From contig NC_045697.1 of the NCBI RefSeq assembly GCF_009834535.1, positions 49,478,001 to 49,542,000 on the forward strand: a stretch of DNA of 64,000 nt, written 5' to 3'. The notes under the pieces were generated by a model. The model had not been told where the DNA came from. It saw nothing but the letters and a program-made list of their open reading frames with translations, and searched no databases. The number at the start of each line of letters is the position of its first letter. Positions within the stretch are counted from its first letter, which is position 1. Below are positions 10,200 through 22,047 of the stretch, one piece after another. The DNA is from Camelus ferus. Its lineage: Eukaryota. Position numbers and translations under genes: made by a program.

Positions 10200-12638
10200 T
10201 CCACGCTGTATTTAGTTGTCTGATGTGTGTCTTCCCCACTGGAACTTAAGTTCTCAAGAATGGCGACACTGTCTTGTTCGATACTATGACCCCTGTGCCT
10301 GGCACATAGTGAGTGCTCAGTAAATGTATGAGTCACGAATGTTGAATGAACTTCCCATCATAGATGATGGTGTCCAGGGACTTTGTGAGCAAGGGTGAAT
10401 CCTCTTCCTGTTCCTCTGTCTGCCTTCAGTAGGACCCATCCCAGAAGCACAGGTCTTTTAAGACATATTAGCATGGCAGGACGTGGGCATCTTCTGAAAC
10501 CAGAACTGGGTGCAAGTACCCACTGCATCACTCACCAGGTCCTTATTACCTCCAGCAAGCCTCCCAATTTCATCATTTATAAAATGGGTTGCTGTGAGAA
10601 TCAGACATGATAACATACATGGACTACTTTGTGCCCTTATAAACATGGCTCCCTCTGGGGGTTCGTTTAAATTGAATGGCATAAATCCAGGCCTGATCAA
10701 AGACTAAAGGTCCCACTGTGGAATTTCAGGTGCCTTGCAGGCAGGTAGGTAAAAATCAGGTAATAAAGGGTTTTCTCAGTGCCCCCAAATCATACTGAAT
10801 TGGTGGCCACTAATATAAGACCTGTCTCAAAGAAAATATCTTAAGAATAAAGGCACTGTAAGGAAAAATTGTGAAAGACTGAACTAGAGTGACGTTCTGA
10901 CCAGTGCGGTTTTCCCAGTTACCTCCATCTTTGTCTTTAACAATGCTAGAATTCTGGAGAGATAAATGTAAGCTTGTACAAAACTGATAGTAATGTAATT
11001 AACCCCTGTGCATAGAAATGCAAACTGTATCTGGTAGGATGCCTGTGGATATCGACAAGGTGTGCCAGTTTTGTACTACTTGTAAATTCATTTCAGGACC
11101 CCTACTCTGAGCATGAAGGTGTGGTGCTTTGAGTTCTCTTTTTCAACTGTTGTAACAGCTTGCCAGTTCCTTCATTAATGAGCTAAATATAATCCTTGAC
11201 ACTTGTTCCTTTTATGTTTGTATAAGAATCATGGCTACATTTTCTTTTTTTAAATACCGTTGAAAGGCACATAGTAAAATAAAACACAAGTCCCTCTCCT
11301 CTTTCTAGCAGATGAAGAAATAAGGTTTAAGTGGTGGCAAAGTTGAAGTTAGACAGTTCAGCATTTCCTGTTTCATGAACTCATTCACTAAACCCTCCCT
11401 AGTGTCAAGACTAGGCTCAGTGCTTCCTTCTGGTCCTACACGGGAGATTCAACAGGAAGTGCTCTGGGGACACCACATGGAGCCTAAGTACCCGGTGAGG
11501 CACCAGAGTTATCAGATGTGCTCGAAGCCACTTGTCCGAGTCTTCACCTCTTTTGGAGTAATTGTACCCCTTTGAGAATCTATGAAAACCCAGGATCTTC
11601 CATTCCCCATAACATGTACATTTTGCATAAGATTTCCAGCAGACCCTCTCGAAATTCATGGACTTCTAGGCTTCAGGATTGCCCTGCAGAAAGGCCAACT
11701 ATTAACCACTTCCTTATGAAACATAGAGAAATTTTGCTCACGTCAACGCCACTCTCTTGTCTCAGTGGATGATCAGGCACTCTCTTCCTGGCCTCCAACC
11801 AGCATTCTGAGTGGCCTCGCAAGTCGGCTTCCTCACTGTCATTGAAATGTCACAAGTTGGGTATCTTAGAGGAGCCTGACTGATGGAATTTCTGGGTAAG
11901 ATCTTCCTCATTCAGGAAATGAGAGGAAGAGGAAGGGAGGAAGGAGCAGGGATGGAGAAAAAAGAGAGGCAGCAGTGAGGGTGGAGCAGCCACTGAGGAT
12001 GACTTTCTTATGATGTGAGGACGTCAGGGCAACACCCATGTATTAACAGTTAGCTTTTCCCCTTCCAGAATCCCAGGAATCCAGAAAATATCAGACTTCA
12101 ATGTAACTCTCAATTGAAATATCTTTCCAATTTCCTGTTCTTCACACAAATCATCTTCAATATCTGTATCCTTTTGCCATTCATGTATACTGGGCACTTC
12201 ATATTTATGAAGTAAAAGGTAAATTATTGATATGTATTTATACATGTCCTTCTACGATTTTCCTTCCTTCAAAAAAATTATAACTATTTAGAATGGCATC
12301 CTAATCTGTTTTAACCTATGGTGCTGAATATGAAGCATTGATATTATCAAGTGATGTGATTTCCTCTAGGAAAAAGAGCTACAGTAATTGTGTGCTTTCT
12401 CCTTGTTTGTAGTCATGCTTCATTTTCTTCTCCCCCACATACACAGACACTTTCTTTTTTGCTTTTAAGTTGCTTCTAACCACCACTACCATCTTAGGAA
12501 AACAGCTTTTGGGGTCTTGACTGCCTGTGGTTGCAACTGGGACCTCTTAGTGGAAATGCAATCATGGCCTCATAGAATATTAGAGTTGGAATGGAACTTG
12601 GAAATAACATTGTCAGTCTTTCTGCTATCAAGGACTCG

Positions 12639-12669
<31 letters not shown>

Positions 12670-14446
12670 TTTTAGCTACAGCCAACTCTCCCTCTCTCAG
12701 AGGTTGGATATTTTAAGACTCCTGTCTACCAACTGCATTTTGAATCTAATATTTCATCCATTTTCTTTGTTCCTCTTCGTCAAACAGTCTCTTAATGGAC
12801 AAGTTCAGTTTGGTTACTGGGCCTTAACAGGTTCATCAACTATGTCCCATCAATTTCTGTGTCAATCCACAGCCAGAGGTTCTAATTGTCAGGAGACCAG
12901 ATAAACACACAACGCAATCACATCCCTTTTTCTCCCTCCATCACAAACCAAGAAGTTATTGGACTTTGAAATTCAGCTTAGGATCATTTAGTGCAGGGGT
13001 GAGTGGACCTAACCCCAAACACCCTCCTGGGGCTATCACAATATTGCAGTAGACGGATGGCAATCATAGAGGCCTGAGGTTATCAATAAAATGCAAATTG
13101 TGCTTAGTATGCTCCAGTTAAGATAACCTGGGAGTGTGCAACTTAAAGATGTTCCAAGAACAAATTTTAAAGTAAATAAATATTGACACTTTTACAGTCT
13201 GTAATCCAGATAATTAGTTTATGTTAACCTTATTTCCTAAGAGTGCAGAGACACACTTTTATATCTTACTTTGAAAGTATGAATTGAAGAATGGAATATC
13301 TCAACCCTCATAAGGATAAGATGCCCTATGCTTTTCAGGCATTACTGACTGCGGCAGGATGAGAGCATGTTTCTTTCTTTGGGCTAAATAATATATGCAG
13401 TATAATTTTATGCCATTTACACATCCTATTTGAAGTTATTTTTGATGTTTAAAATTCACTATAAAGTTATTTTTTAATGTCTTAATTTCTATATGGACAT
13501 TTCTGTCAAGGTAAAACTGGAACATTAGCCTTCCTTGGCAGTTAGCAAGAATACATCACTACTCTTTCTACTGGAAAAAGACAAAACATTGTATCCTGAT
13601 GTTTGTTCTTCTACCTTTCAAATAATGTTTATGATGCTCATCACAGAATTTATTTGTAATGGCAAAAACCAATCTAAATATCCACTAACAGGGACATCTC
13701 AAACACGGGGATGCAAGCATACAGTGGAATATCATGTAACAGGTACTGAGGAGGGGGACTGTGTTTAGTGCACTGGCACATGAGAAAAGGTAGGTGGCAG
13801 AACAATGTCTAAAGTGTGATCTCATGTGTATTTTTAAAAGACACATATTGTCTATGTTTTGTACTGGAGATATAGAAACAGATTGGAATGGCATATAGCT
13901 AAACGTTAATAAGGATTATCTCTGGAATATGGGAATAAAGAAGCTCTGAATGGTTTGAAATTTGTGTGTGTACACACACACCCACATACACACACATACA
14001 CACATGTATATGTGTGTAAAGCAGGGAAAAAATGAATTTACTGGAAAACTAGAGGCCTGGGGGAAGGGATGAAAGAAGGCTTACTTCCACCATAAATCCT
14101 GTCCCTTCCACTGCCTTTCATTATTTTCATTTTTTTCCTTAAAACTGATTTATGGAGAGACTAATTTTTAGTTTTATTTCAGACTGTAGAGATGCTTTAC
14201 TAAACAATTAAAAATATGTGTGTGTGCTTCCTGATCCACTGAACGAGAGGAATGAGGAAAGTGTTTTAAGTTAAAATCCTTTAAAAACTAATTTTTTCCT
14301 GATTATAAAATTTTGACATGCTCATGGTAGGCAAATCAGAAATAATAAAAGAACATAAAACACACAACACTGTGAATTAACTATATGTCAATTAAAAAAA
14401 AAAGAAAAAATCTATCTATAATATCACCATATGGTGGGGTACTTTT

Positions 14447-15153
14447 TTTTTAATTGTGGTATAGTCAGTTTACAATGTTGTGTCAGTTTCTGGTGTACAG
14501 CACAATTCTTCAGTCATACATGAATATACGTATATTCATTTTCATATTCTTTTTCACTGTAAGCTACTACAAGATACTGAATATATTTCCCTGTGCTATA
14601 CAGTATAAACATGTTTATTTATTTTATATATATCAGTCAGTATCTGCAAATCTCGAACTCCCAGTTTATCCCTTCCTAGCCTCTTCCCCTCTGGCAACCA
14701 CAAGTCTGTATTCTATGTCTATGAGTCTGTTTCTGTTTTATATATAAGTTCATTTGTCTTTTTTTTTTTAATTCCACATATGAGTGATATCATATGGTAT
14801 TTTTCTTTCTCTTTCTGGCTTACTTCACTTAGAATGACATTCTCTAGGGACATCCATGTTGCTGCAAATGGCATTGATTTATTCCTTTTTATGGCTGAGT
14901 AGTATTCCATTGTATAAATATACCACAACTTCTTAATCCAGTCATCTGTCGATGGACATTTAGGTTGTTTCCATGTCTTGGCTATTGTAAATAGTGCTGT
15001 AATGAACATTGGGGTGTAGGTGTCTTTTTGAATTAAGGTTGCCTCCAGATATACGCCCAGGAGTGGGATTGCTGGGTCATTTGGTAAGTCTATTTTTAGT
15101 CTTTTGAGGAATCTCCATACTGTTTTCCACAATGACTGCACCAAACTTCATTC
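14447..15153 (-). mobile_element. 5'-truncated L1 (ORF2 C-terminus and 3' UTR)
   Basis: ORF 14719-15144 is the L1 ORF2 C-terminus (PAIPLLG...WYIYTMEYYSAIK); TSDs TGGTGGGGYACTTTT at 14432-14446 and 15154-15168. Confidence 0.93.
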
Positions 15154-17084
15154 TGGTGGGGCACTTTTATCCAGACTTTTTTCTATGCATTTTTGTTACC
15201 TCCCAGATCAGTGTGGTTTTTTAGAAAACAAAAAACAAAATTGAGATCTAAATTAAATTGTGACTTTATCCTTAAAATCTCTCCCAGTCAGAAGTCCTTC
15301 CACAGTACCCTGGTCTGCAGGCATGCCAGAAACATTGTGGGATGATTTTACTTCATAACCACTTTTTAATACTTTAATAGTTAAACGGTCTATTTTGTAA
15401 CATTAATTGTATTTAATTATTGGAAGCCAAAACCACCACTTAAGTTATTTAAATAGATCCTTGTCATTTAAAAACAGCCTGGTGAAACAATACAGGTGAT
15501 CACACCAATTTCCTTGATGAAATTTGAGTAGAATGTCTTTTCCTGGAATCAGGAACACATTCTTATCTGCTTCTAGCTTTATAATTTAACTAACAAATTG
15601 AATCTGCTCCCTGCTCTGATAGTCTTGTAATGGTGTTTGGTTTAAATAATGTAATTTTAATCTGAAACTATAGTTACTGTGTGCTGTTCGGAAAACTAAC
15701 ACTTTAGGAGGTTATTTGGTATATTACAAGAATACATTTCTTAAATTTCTATTTTTCTTCGTATAGTAAACTTACACCATTGCGCTAAAGAAACCGCTCA
15801 TCAAGGACTGCAACCACTCAGAGTTTTGCTTGAAGAACAGTGTAACACAAAAGTACAGGAATAACCAGGGTATAAAAATTTTTCCAGCTGTGAGATAAGT
15901 CTTCTGAAGTAGGAGCTGCCCTATAATTTGAAAGATGTCAGGTTTTTAGGGCCAGTTTTAATTCCGTATCCTCTCTTCTTCGAGGACAGCAGCTTTATAA
16001 ACACCTCTACTCTTATAGAAATTTTAGAGGATGCCTGAAAGAGAGTAAAGTTAAATAGAAAGGATTTAATTAGTATTGGTGGAGTTTCAGAAAGAGGAGT
16101 ACTTTCAGGCAAAGGGTATTCCCCCATTTAGAGAAAGCTTTACCTACTCTTTCATACAACAGTTGATCAAATATGAAAGATTACTGAACTGATGTTGCCA
16201 AGAAACCCACCCTGTGAATCCATTCAGTAAATCATAATAATGTTTTCCATGTTTACAAAGTCAGAACATTAATATCACTTTCAGGATCTTAAGCGCTGCT
16301 TATTTTGGTTTTGTTTTCTCATCAGTTGTATCTTAGAGGAGCCTGACAGATGGAATTTCTGGATAAGATCTTCCTCATTCAGGAAATGAGAGGAAGAGGG
16401 AGGGAAGAAGGAGAGAGGGATGTAGAAAGGCCTTTTTCCTCTTCTAGCATTTTGTGGAACATTTTCAGAGTTTTAAATATATACCGCTGAGAACGCCCCA
16501 CCTCCCACTTTTCTAATTACACATATGGATGTGACCAAATTGTCTAGCAGTATGGTCCACAAATACACTGAATTGATTTTTCCAAGTCACATTTGCCAAT
16601 ACCAGATGAGTTAGGCCTTTGTTATTGTAAAATACTTTTAAAAATATTAAAAATCCATCTTCTGGCACTCTTCACAACTATTAAACAAACCACTGGATAC
16701 TTTTACAAAATGGTAAGAGAGAGTAGGTGAGCATCGAGGATGAATGTTCAGCCGAGGCCACTTATGAGGTCAGACCAAAGCCTTTTGAGATACAAATTAT
16801 CCAGTTTTTATAGCCAAGAATATTTTTCTTGGTATTCATCCAAATTTTTATATTTGGTGTGTCCTGCCTCTGGTCAAACACACCTATAGTGTTTTTAAGA
16901 TAAAGATCTACTTTGCAAATCATCTGTGAGGGTAACTGGCAAAGCTGTTCAGCGGTGGAATTTCAGACTTACTGGGGCTTTGCCACTTTGTCTGAGAGTA
17001 GGGGTTAAAATGAACTTGTGACAACGAGGCCAGGGCAGGGTTCAAATACTGGCAGTGCTATCTTTGGAACAGTCATTTTTAAAG

Positions 17085-17495
17085 TACATTTGTCTCCTAG
17101 GACTGTTGCAACAAATTAGCTCAAACTCAGTGACTTAGAAGAATAGAAATTTACACTCTCGGTGTCCAGGAGTCACAAGTCAAGGTGTCAGCAGGGCCAT
17201 GCTCTCTCCAAAGGCTTTTGGGGAGAACCCTTGGGTTACATCTTCCAGATTCTGTTGGCTCTTGAAGTTCCTTGGCTGTGGCAGCATAATTCCAGTCGCC
17301 ACCTTCATCTTCACACGGTCTTCTCCCCTGTTTCTCTGTGTCTTAAAACTCTCGTTGGATTAAATCCTGGATGAACTCATCTTGAGATCCTCAATTATAT
17401 CTGCCAAGGCCCTATTTCCAAATAAGGTTGCATTCACAGTACCGAGGGTTAGAACTGGTTTGTGTCTTTTTAGGGGACATGGTTCAGTCTGCTGT
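17085..17495. mobile_element. MaLR (MLT1-type) LTR
   Basis: caaggtgtcagcagggccatgctctctc...ccctatttccaaataaggt motifs. Confidence 0.65.
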
Positions 17496-17754
17496 ACCTA
17501 CATTTTTATCATACCCACCCCTCTCATCTATCATAATGTGCTCCTTTCAGAGGACCTGGTGGTGGATCAGAGGTGGCCAGGTCACGAGCTGATCATGATA
17601 CATCTAACACGGTCAGTCTTCTAGAAGACTTTTTTTTTTGAGAACAATTTAAATAATAATTTAAAAACATGTTAATATTACAATAAACATATCATGGCAT
17701 GTAAAACAAAAGTCACGTGAAATTTTAAGATGCAATGTGAGACTCCAGCATATT

Positions 17755-18020
17755 ATTTTTAATTGAAGTATAGTTGATTTAAAATGTTGTGTTAGTTTCT
17801 GATGTATAGCATAGCGATTCATTTGTAAATACATATATTCCTTTTCATATTCTTTTCCATTTTAGGTCATTACAAGGTACTGAATGTGGTTCCCTGTGCT
17901 ATACACTAGGACCTTGTTGTTTATGCATTTTGTATATAGTAGTTACAAGGTTATCCATCTTATATATAGTAGTTAGTATCTGCAGCTCCCAAGTTCCCAA
18001 TTTATCCCTCCCTTTCCCCC
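17755..18020 (-). mobile_element. L1 3' UTR fragment
   Basis: aattgaagtatagttgatt...ttccctgtgctatac...aatttatccctcc. Confidence 0.7.
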
Positions 18021-18606
18021 CAGCATAGTTTTCAGCTAGGTAATGGCTTTCTTGCTAGGCCTCTAGAAGAATGGCATTCACTCTTTTGCTGATGGGGTGC
18101 CTCAGAGTGAAAGTTTTCCCATTATTCACCTGTTATTCACAAGTAACCTAGATGTTTATAACCTATAATTTGTCATTTTGTTAAGGTAGAAACTTTAATC
18201 GTGTGCTGCTATAGACTGCTTAATGAGAACAAATTACTAACCTAGTGAGTCAGTCTGGCTGATCACCCAGCTTAGGGGACAGGACCCGGGAATATTGTTC
18301 TCTGATTCTCACCCATTCTGTGGGTAATGGGGTAAAATACAGGGTCATGTATGAATTTTAGAATTTGTACAAGTGATCTATTCAACCTATACTTACTGAT
18401 CAATGGTATGGGGATACAAGAATAATCCCCCCAAAAAAGAATAAATTCTTGCTCTTTCCAAACAGGTATATAGAGAGATACATGTCTACTCTGAATCTAG
18501 AATTACTGGCAAGTCTGAGCACACGTGCCATCACTGCCCATTTGCTTAATCAGGATGGATATTGCTAATTGATCTTGGTGCTCTTTCCTCCTGAGCCCAC
18601 ATCTTA

Positions 18607-19065
18607 ATCTACTCAGGTTGCCATAACAAAACACCATAGACTGGGTGGCTTAAACAGTAACAATTGATTCTCACAGTGCTGGAGGCTGGGCAGTCCAAGA
18701 TCTAGGTGCTGGCCAGTCCATTCCTGGTGAGGGCTCTCTTCCTGATTTGCAGATGACCATCTTGTTGTATCCTCATATGGCGGAGAGAAAGAGGAAGCAA
18801 GCTCTTCAGTGTCTCTTCTCATAAAAGCACCAGGGGGTTGGGGGGAGGGTATAGCTCAGTGGTAGAGCATATGCTTAGCATGTACGAGGTTCTGGATTCA
18901 ATCCCCAGTACCTCCATTAAAAAAAAAATCACCAATCTCATTCATGAGGGTGCCACCCTCATAATCTAATTACTTTGCAAAGTCCTCACCTCCAGTACTC
19001 TCACACTGGGGGCTAGGGTTTCAATATATGAATTTTAGGGGGACACAATTACTTGGTTCATAGCA
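18607..19065. mobile_element. MaLR (MLT1-type) LTR interrupted by a SINE
   Basis: gccataacaaaacaccatagactgggtggcttaaac...gggctagggtttcaatatatgaatttt. Confidence 0.75.
18841..18928 (+). mobile_element. tRNA-derived SINE (Vic-1 type)
   Basis: ggggagggtatagctcagtggtagagc...ggattcaatccccagtacctccatt followed by poly(A); A/B boxes; TSD-like aaaa(g/t)cacca. Confidence 0.85.
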
Positions 19066-19865
19066 GCCCAGTTGTGGTTTCAGGAAAAAAAGGACATCTG
19101 TGCTTCCTGTAAGCCAACTCCATAGGGTTGGTATCAGGAATGAGAGTATATTTTTTTAACCACTGATTGTGATAATGTTACATTCAGAGCAATGTTTTCT
19201 ATTAAAAAAATTTTTTTCATGAGATACTTTTGGCATCATTATTTACTTAAATTCATCCAAGGGTCTGAAAACATTTTGGAACATTACAAGATGTCACAAA
19301 GGGCCCAAATGTGAAGGTTTAAGTGTAAATCCCCTGAAGTTAAAAAAAGAAAAAGGAAATTTTAGCCAGTATACACATGTAGGTGAAAAGGTGTGTGGGT
19401 TGGCGGAGAGGAGATAAAAATCAAAAGTTGCCACTTGGCTTGCTCCCCGGGGTCTGGTTGAGGGTGTGTGTGTGTGGTGTCTGGGGCACATGGGCTTAAA
19501 GACCAACTTGGACTATCTCTGAGGTCTCAGCAGAGGAGGAAGCTGGAATGAGAAGGCCAAGGTTGGCCCTGGCTGCAGAGCAGAGACCCACAGACACAAG
19601 GCAAGAGAGGATGTGGGGCCAGGGCTCCAGTAAGAAGGAGGGATGGTAACAGAGATGGCTTCTGGCCCTTGACTTGCCCTGTGTCTGTTTGCAGGTTTCC
19701 CATTTTATCTAAGACATTATGTATCTTGCCAGAGCCACAAACTTAGTATATTTACTTTGAGCAGCTCTTCCTCAAGTTTTGAGTAGCATGTGTCCATTTG
19801 GAAAAGGAAGCAACAGACCAAAAGAAAAAAGGGGTTCTAATACCACTTTCTTTTTCTGTTTGTAG

Positions 19866-19946
19866 AAAGGGGTGCTTGGTTTGTCAGACGAGAGCAGTAA
19901 CAGCAGTCCTGGGTACAGGAAAAGCTACTATGTAGTTCAGATGCTG
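19866..19946 (+). CDS. Candidate small secreted protein, exon 3 (KGVLGLSDESSNSSPGYRKSYYVVQML)
   Basis: Strong acceptor ctttctttttctgtttgtag with ttctaat branch; donor CTG|gtaagt; 81 nt; only the phase-0 frame is stop-free. Confidence 0.65.
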
Positions 19947-19998
19947 GTAAGTCAATATCATTTACCTTTCCTAAAAAAATTAAGTTGCTTTGGATCAG

Positions 19999-20210
19999 AG
20001 TCTCTTAATAGTGGCACTGTTAACTCTTGGGGCCAGACAATTCTTTGTTGCTGGGTTGCCCTGTTCAGTGTAGGTTTAGCAGCATCCCTGTCCTGTCCCC
20101 TCTAGATGCCAGCAGCACCCCTATCCTCCATATGTGACAACCAATTATGTCTCCAGACACTGGCAAACATGCCCTGGAGGGCACACTGCTCCCAGGTTAG
20201 AACCCTTGCT
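19999..20210. mobile_element. MER20-like hAT DNA transposon
   Basis: ggcactgttaactcttggggccagacaattctttgttg...gtgacaaccaattatgtctccagaca. Confidence 0.7.
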
Positions 20211-21308
20211 TCAGATAATTTACAAGAGAAATCCAAACTTGAATTATAGAAACTTAGCACTCTGGTCATATTTGAGGAACTGGTAAAATGTAAGTGGGTC
20301 TGAATTTTTCAAACCTCTTGTGTACTGAATCCAATTATAAATATTTTGTACTCAGTGAGAACAGGTTTTTTTTTTTTTTTTGCATATAATATTCTTCTGT
20401 CAAACCAGAAAAATTCAGTATTAGGCTAAGTTTAGAAGATATAAAATTGAAACTAACCATTTGAATTCCAATATCATCCTGAAGGAAATCCTAAGACTAA
20501 AATGCCACCTACCACAATCAAAAAATTAGTCACTTAGGGCATAATAACTAGGATATTTGTAGGCTCTCTTTCCTTAAAAGCTCCATGGCTCCCTTAGCAA
20601 GGCTAACAGAACTTGGGCTCAAGGAAAACTTTGACCTATTTATATTTGCTTGTGGCACTGAACTATTCTAATAGGAAACTGGTGGTGAAAAATAGGTCAA
20701 CAGAGACAAGAAGGATACAAAAATACTAGGCCAAATGAAAGGATATTGATCAGTCATGGGGTATGTAGAATACAGCACAGTTGGGCCAGAAAGATTTTCT
20801 TTGTTGAAAATGTCCTACCATTGCGACACACTGATAATAAGGGGGGAAAATATGCAAGGGCAGAAAATATCTAGCCCATCTTCACTGTTTAGTCAAAGCT
20901 CCAGCATGGAAGTGACTCTGGTGGTGGGTGGAATGACCAGGATACAGCAGAGATCTGATACTGCAGGACCTTTCTACTTGGGGACATTGACATGGACCTA
21001 TCCCCAGGACTTGCTTCCCCATGCTCTAAGTTTGTATCTCAGAGGACAGATGGCATTGAAAATATAGGCCAGTCAGGCAAAAGCCAAACCGATTTCCCAG
21101 TTTAGCCCGATTTCAACCACTCCTACCTGTTGCATGTCACCCCAGCCTCCTGCACTCCCTTTATCTCCTGCAGAAGTCGTATGTGTACCGCCCCCTAAAA
21201 AAAGATAGCTCTTTCAAGCCAAAATTGTCAATTAGTACTAGAGCCGCTGATGTATTCCAGCCAGAAAGTACTTTCTCTGACTTGGTCTCTTTGTCCTTCT
21301 ATTTACAG

Positions 21309-21356
21309 CCAATGCAAAGACTGAAAGAGGGACCAGAGGATGCTTATTACATGAAG
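21309..21356 (+). CDS. Candidate small secreted protein, exon 4 (PMQRLKEGPEDAYYMK)
   Basis: Strong acceptor tctctttgtccttctatttacag with ctgac branch; donor weak (AAG|gcagtg, or GCA|gtgccc 3 nt later; both phase 0). Confidence 0.5.
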
Positions 21357-21549
21357 GCAGTGCCCTTGCTGGTTGTGTGGCCTTCCAGTGTCTTTGGAGC
21401 GCCAGATATAATTAGGCCCACTGCCGGCACAGTGGCCCACAGCCAGCCTCAGCCAGTGCCTGTCATTCATAGACAGAGTCCATCCACTCTGGCTCCTCCC
21501 TTAATGGGGAGCACAGCCCTGAGAGTCCCTGTCCTCACACTTTCCACAG

Positions 21550-21636
21550 AGTCCAAGACATCGAAGAGAAATGGAGAGGCCTCTGCACCTGGGAACCTGG
21601 GGGCCTACTGTGGTGTGTCAGCCAGGTTTTCCCTGA
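21550..21636 (+). CDS. Candidate small secreted protein, terminal exon 5 coding part (SPRHRREMERPLHLGTWGPTVVCQPGFP*)
   Basis: Acceptor cctcacactttccacag; phase-0 frame has an RHRR site and TGA at 21634-21636; AATAAA downstream at 22042. Confidence 0.5.
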   Translation, partial: SPRHRREMERPLHLGTWGPTVVCQPGFP

Positions 21637-22041
21637 CACCCCAAGTTTTGACCACTCCAGGGCTCCCCAGAAAGGGAGCACTTCACAGCACGAGCTTCCC
21701 TACCTCCTCCCCAACTAGGGAGCCCCGAGGAGACATGTAAGCTGAAGTGCTCAGTAACGCCTTCTCTTGGAAGAAGGCCCGGACGCACATCTGCCTGTGC
21801 TGCTGTGTGTGGAGAGCAACTTTCAAGGGCGATGTTCAAAGCTCAGGTGGTCCTGGTCCTGGTCCTGGTCTGTCACCCCTGATGATGTATCCTGTGAACC
21901 TGACTATTTTTATGACAGGATTCACCTCACTCACCGACTCCTCTAGAAATGAAGTTCCTCTCCAAGATGCTTCACAGATGTAGCAAAGTGATGTTGGCAT
22001 GTACTCTACAACTCTGAGGCAATTTCTCATTGTTACCTAAA

Positions 22042-22047
22042 AATAAA
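22042..22047 (+). terminator. Candidate poly(A) signal of the small secreted-protein gene
   Basis: AATAAA followed about 35 nt later by a GT/T-rich element (gtgtttttgttttt). Confidence 0.5.

Noticed and set aside
14719..15144. 141-aa ORF as a host gene
   Set aside because: It is the L1 ORF2 C-terminus within a TSD-flanked truncated L1
15776..15920. Minus-strand segment bounded by ag and gtaagt, open in one frame
   Set aside because: Weak pyrimidine tract, no partner exons, no recognisable protein; compatible with chance
18841..18915. tRNA-Ala-like gene
   Set aside because: Poly(A) tail, TSD-like flanks and two further diverged copies show it is a SINE
21183..21308. 5' part of the 185-aa ORF as a single-exon gene
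   Set aside because: It starts at GTG and runs through a branch point and polypyrimidine tract; better explained as intron upstream of the 21309 acceptor
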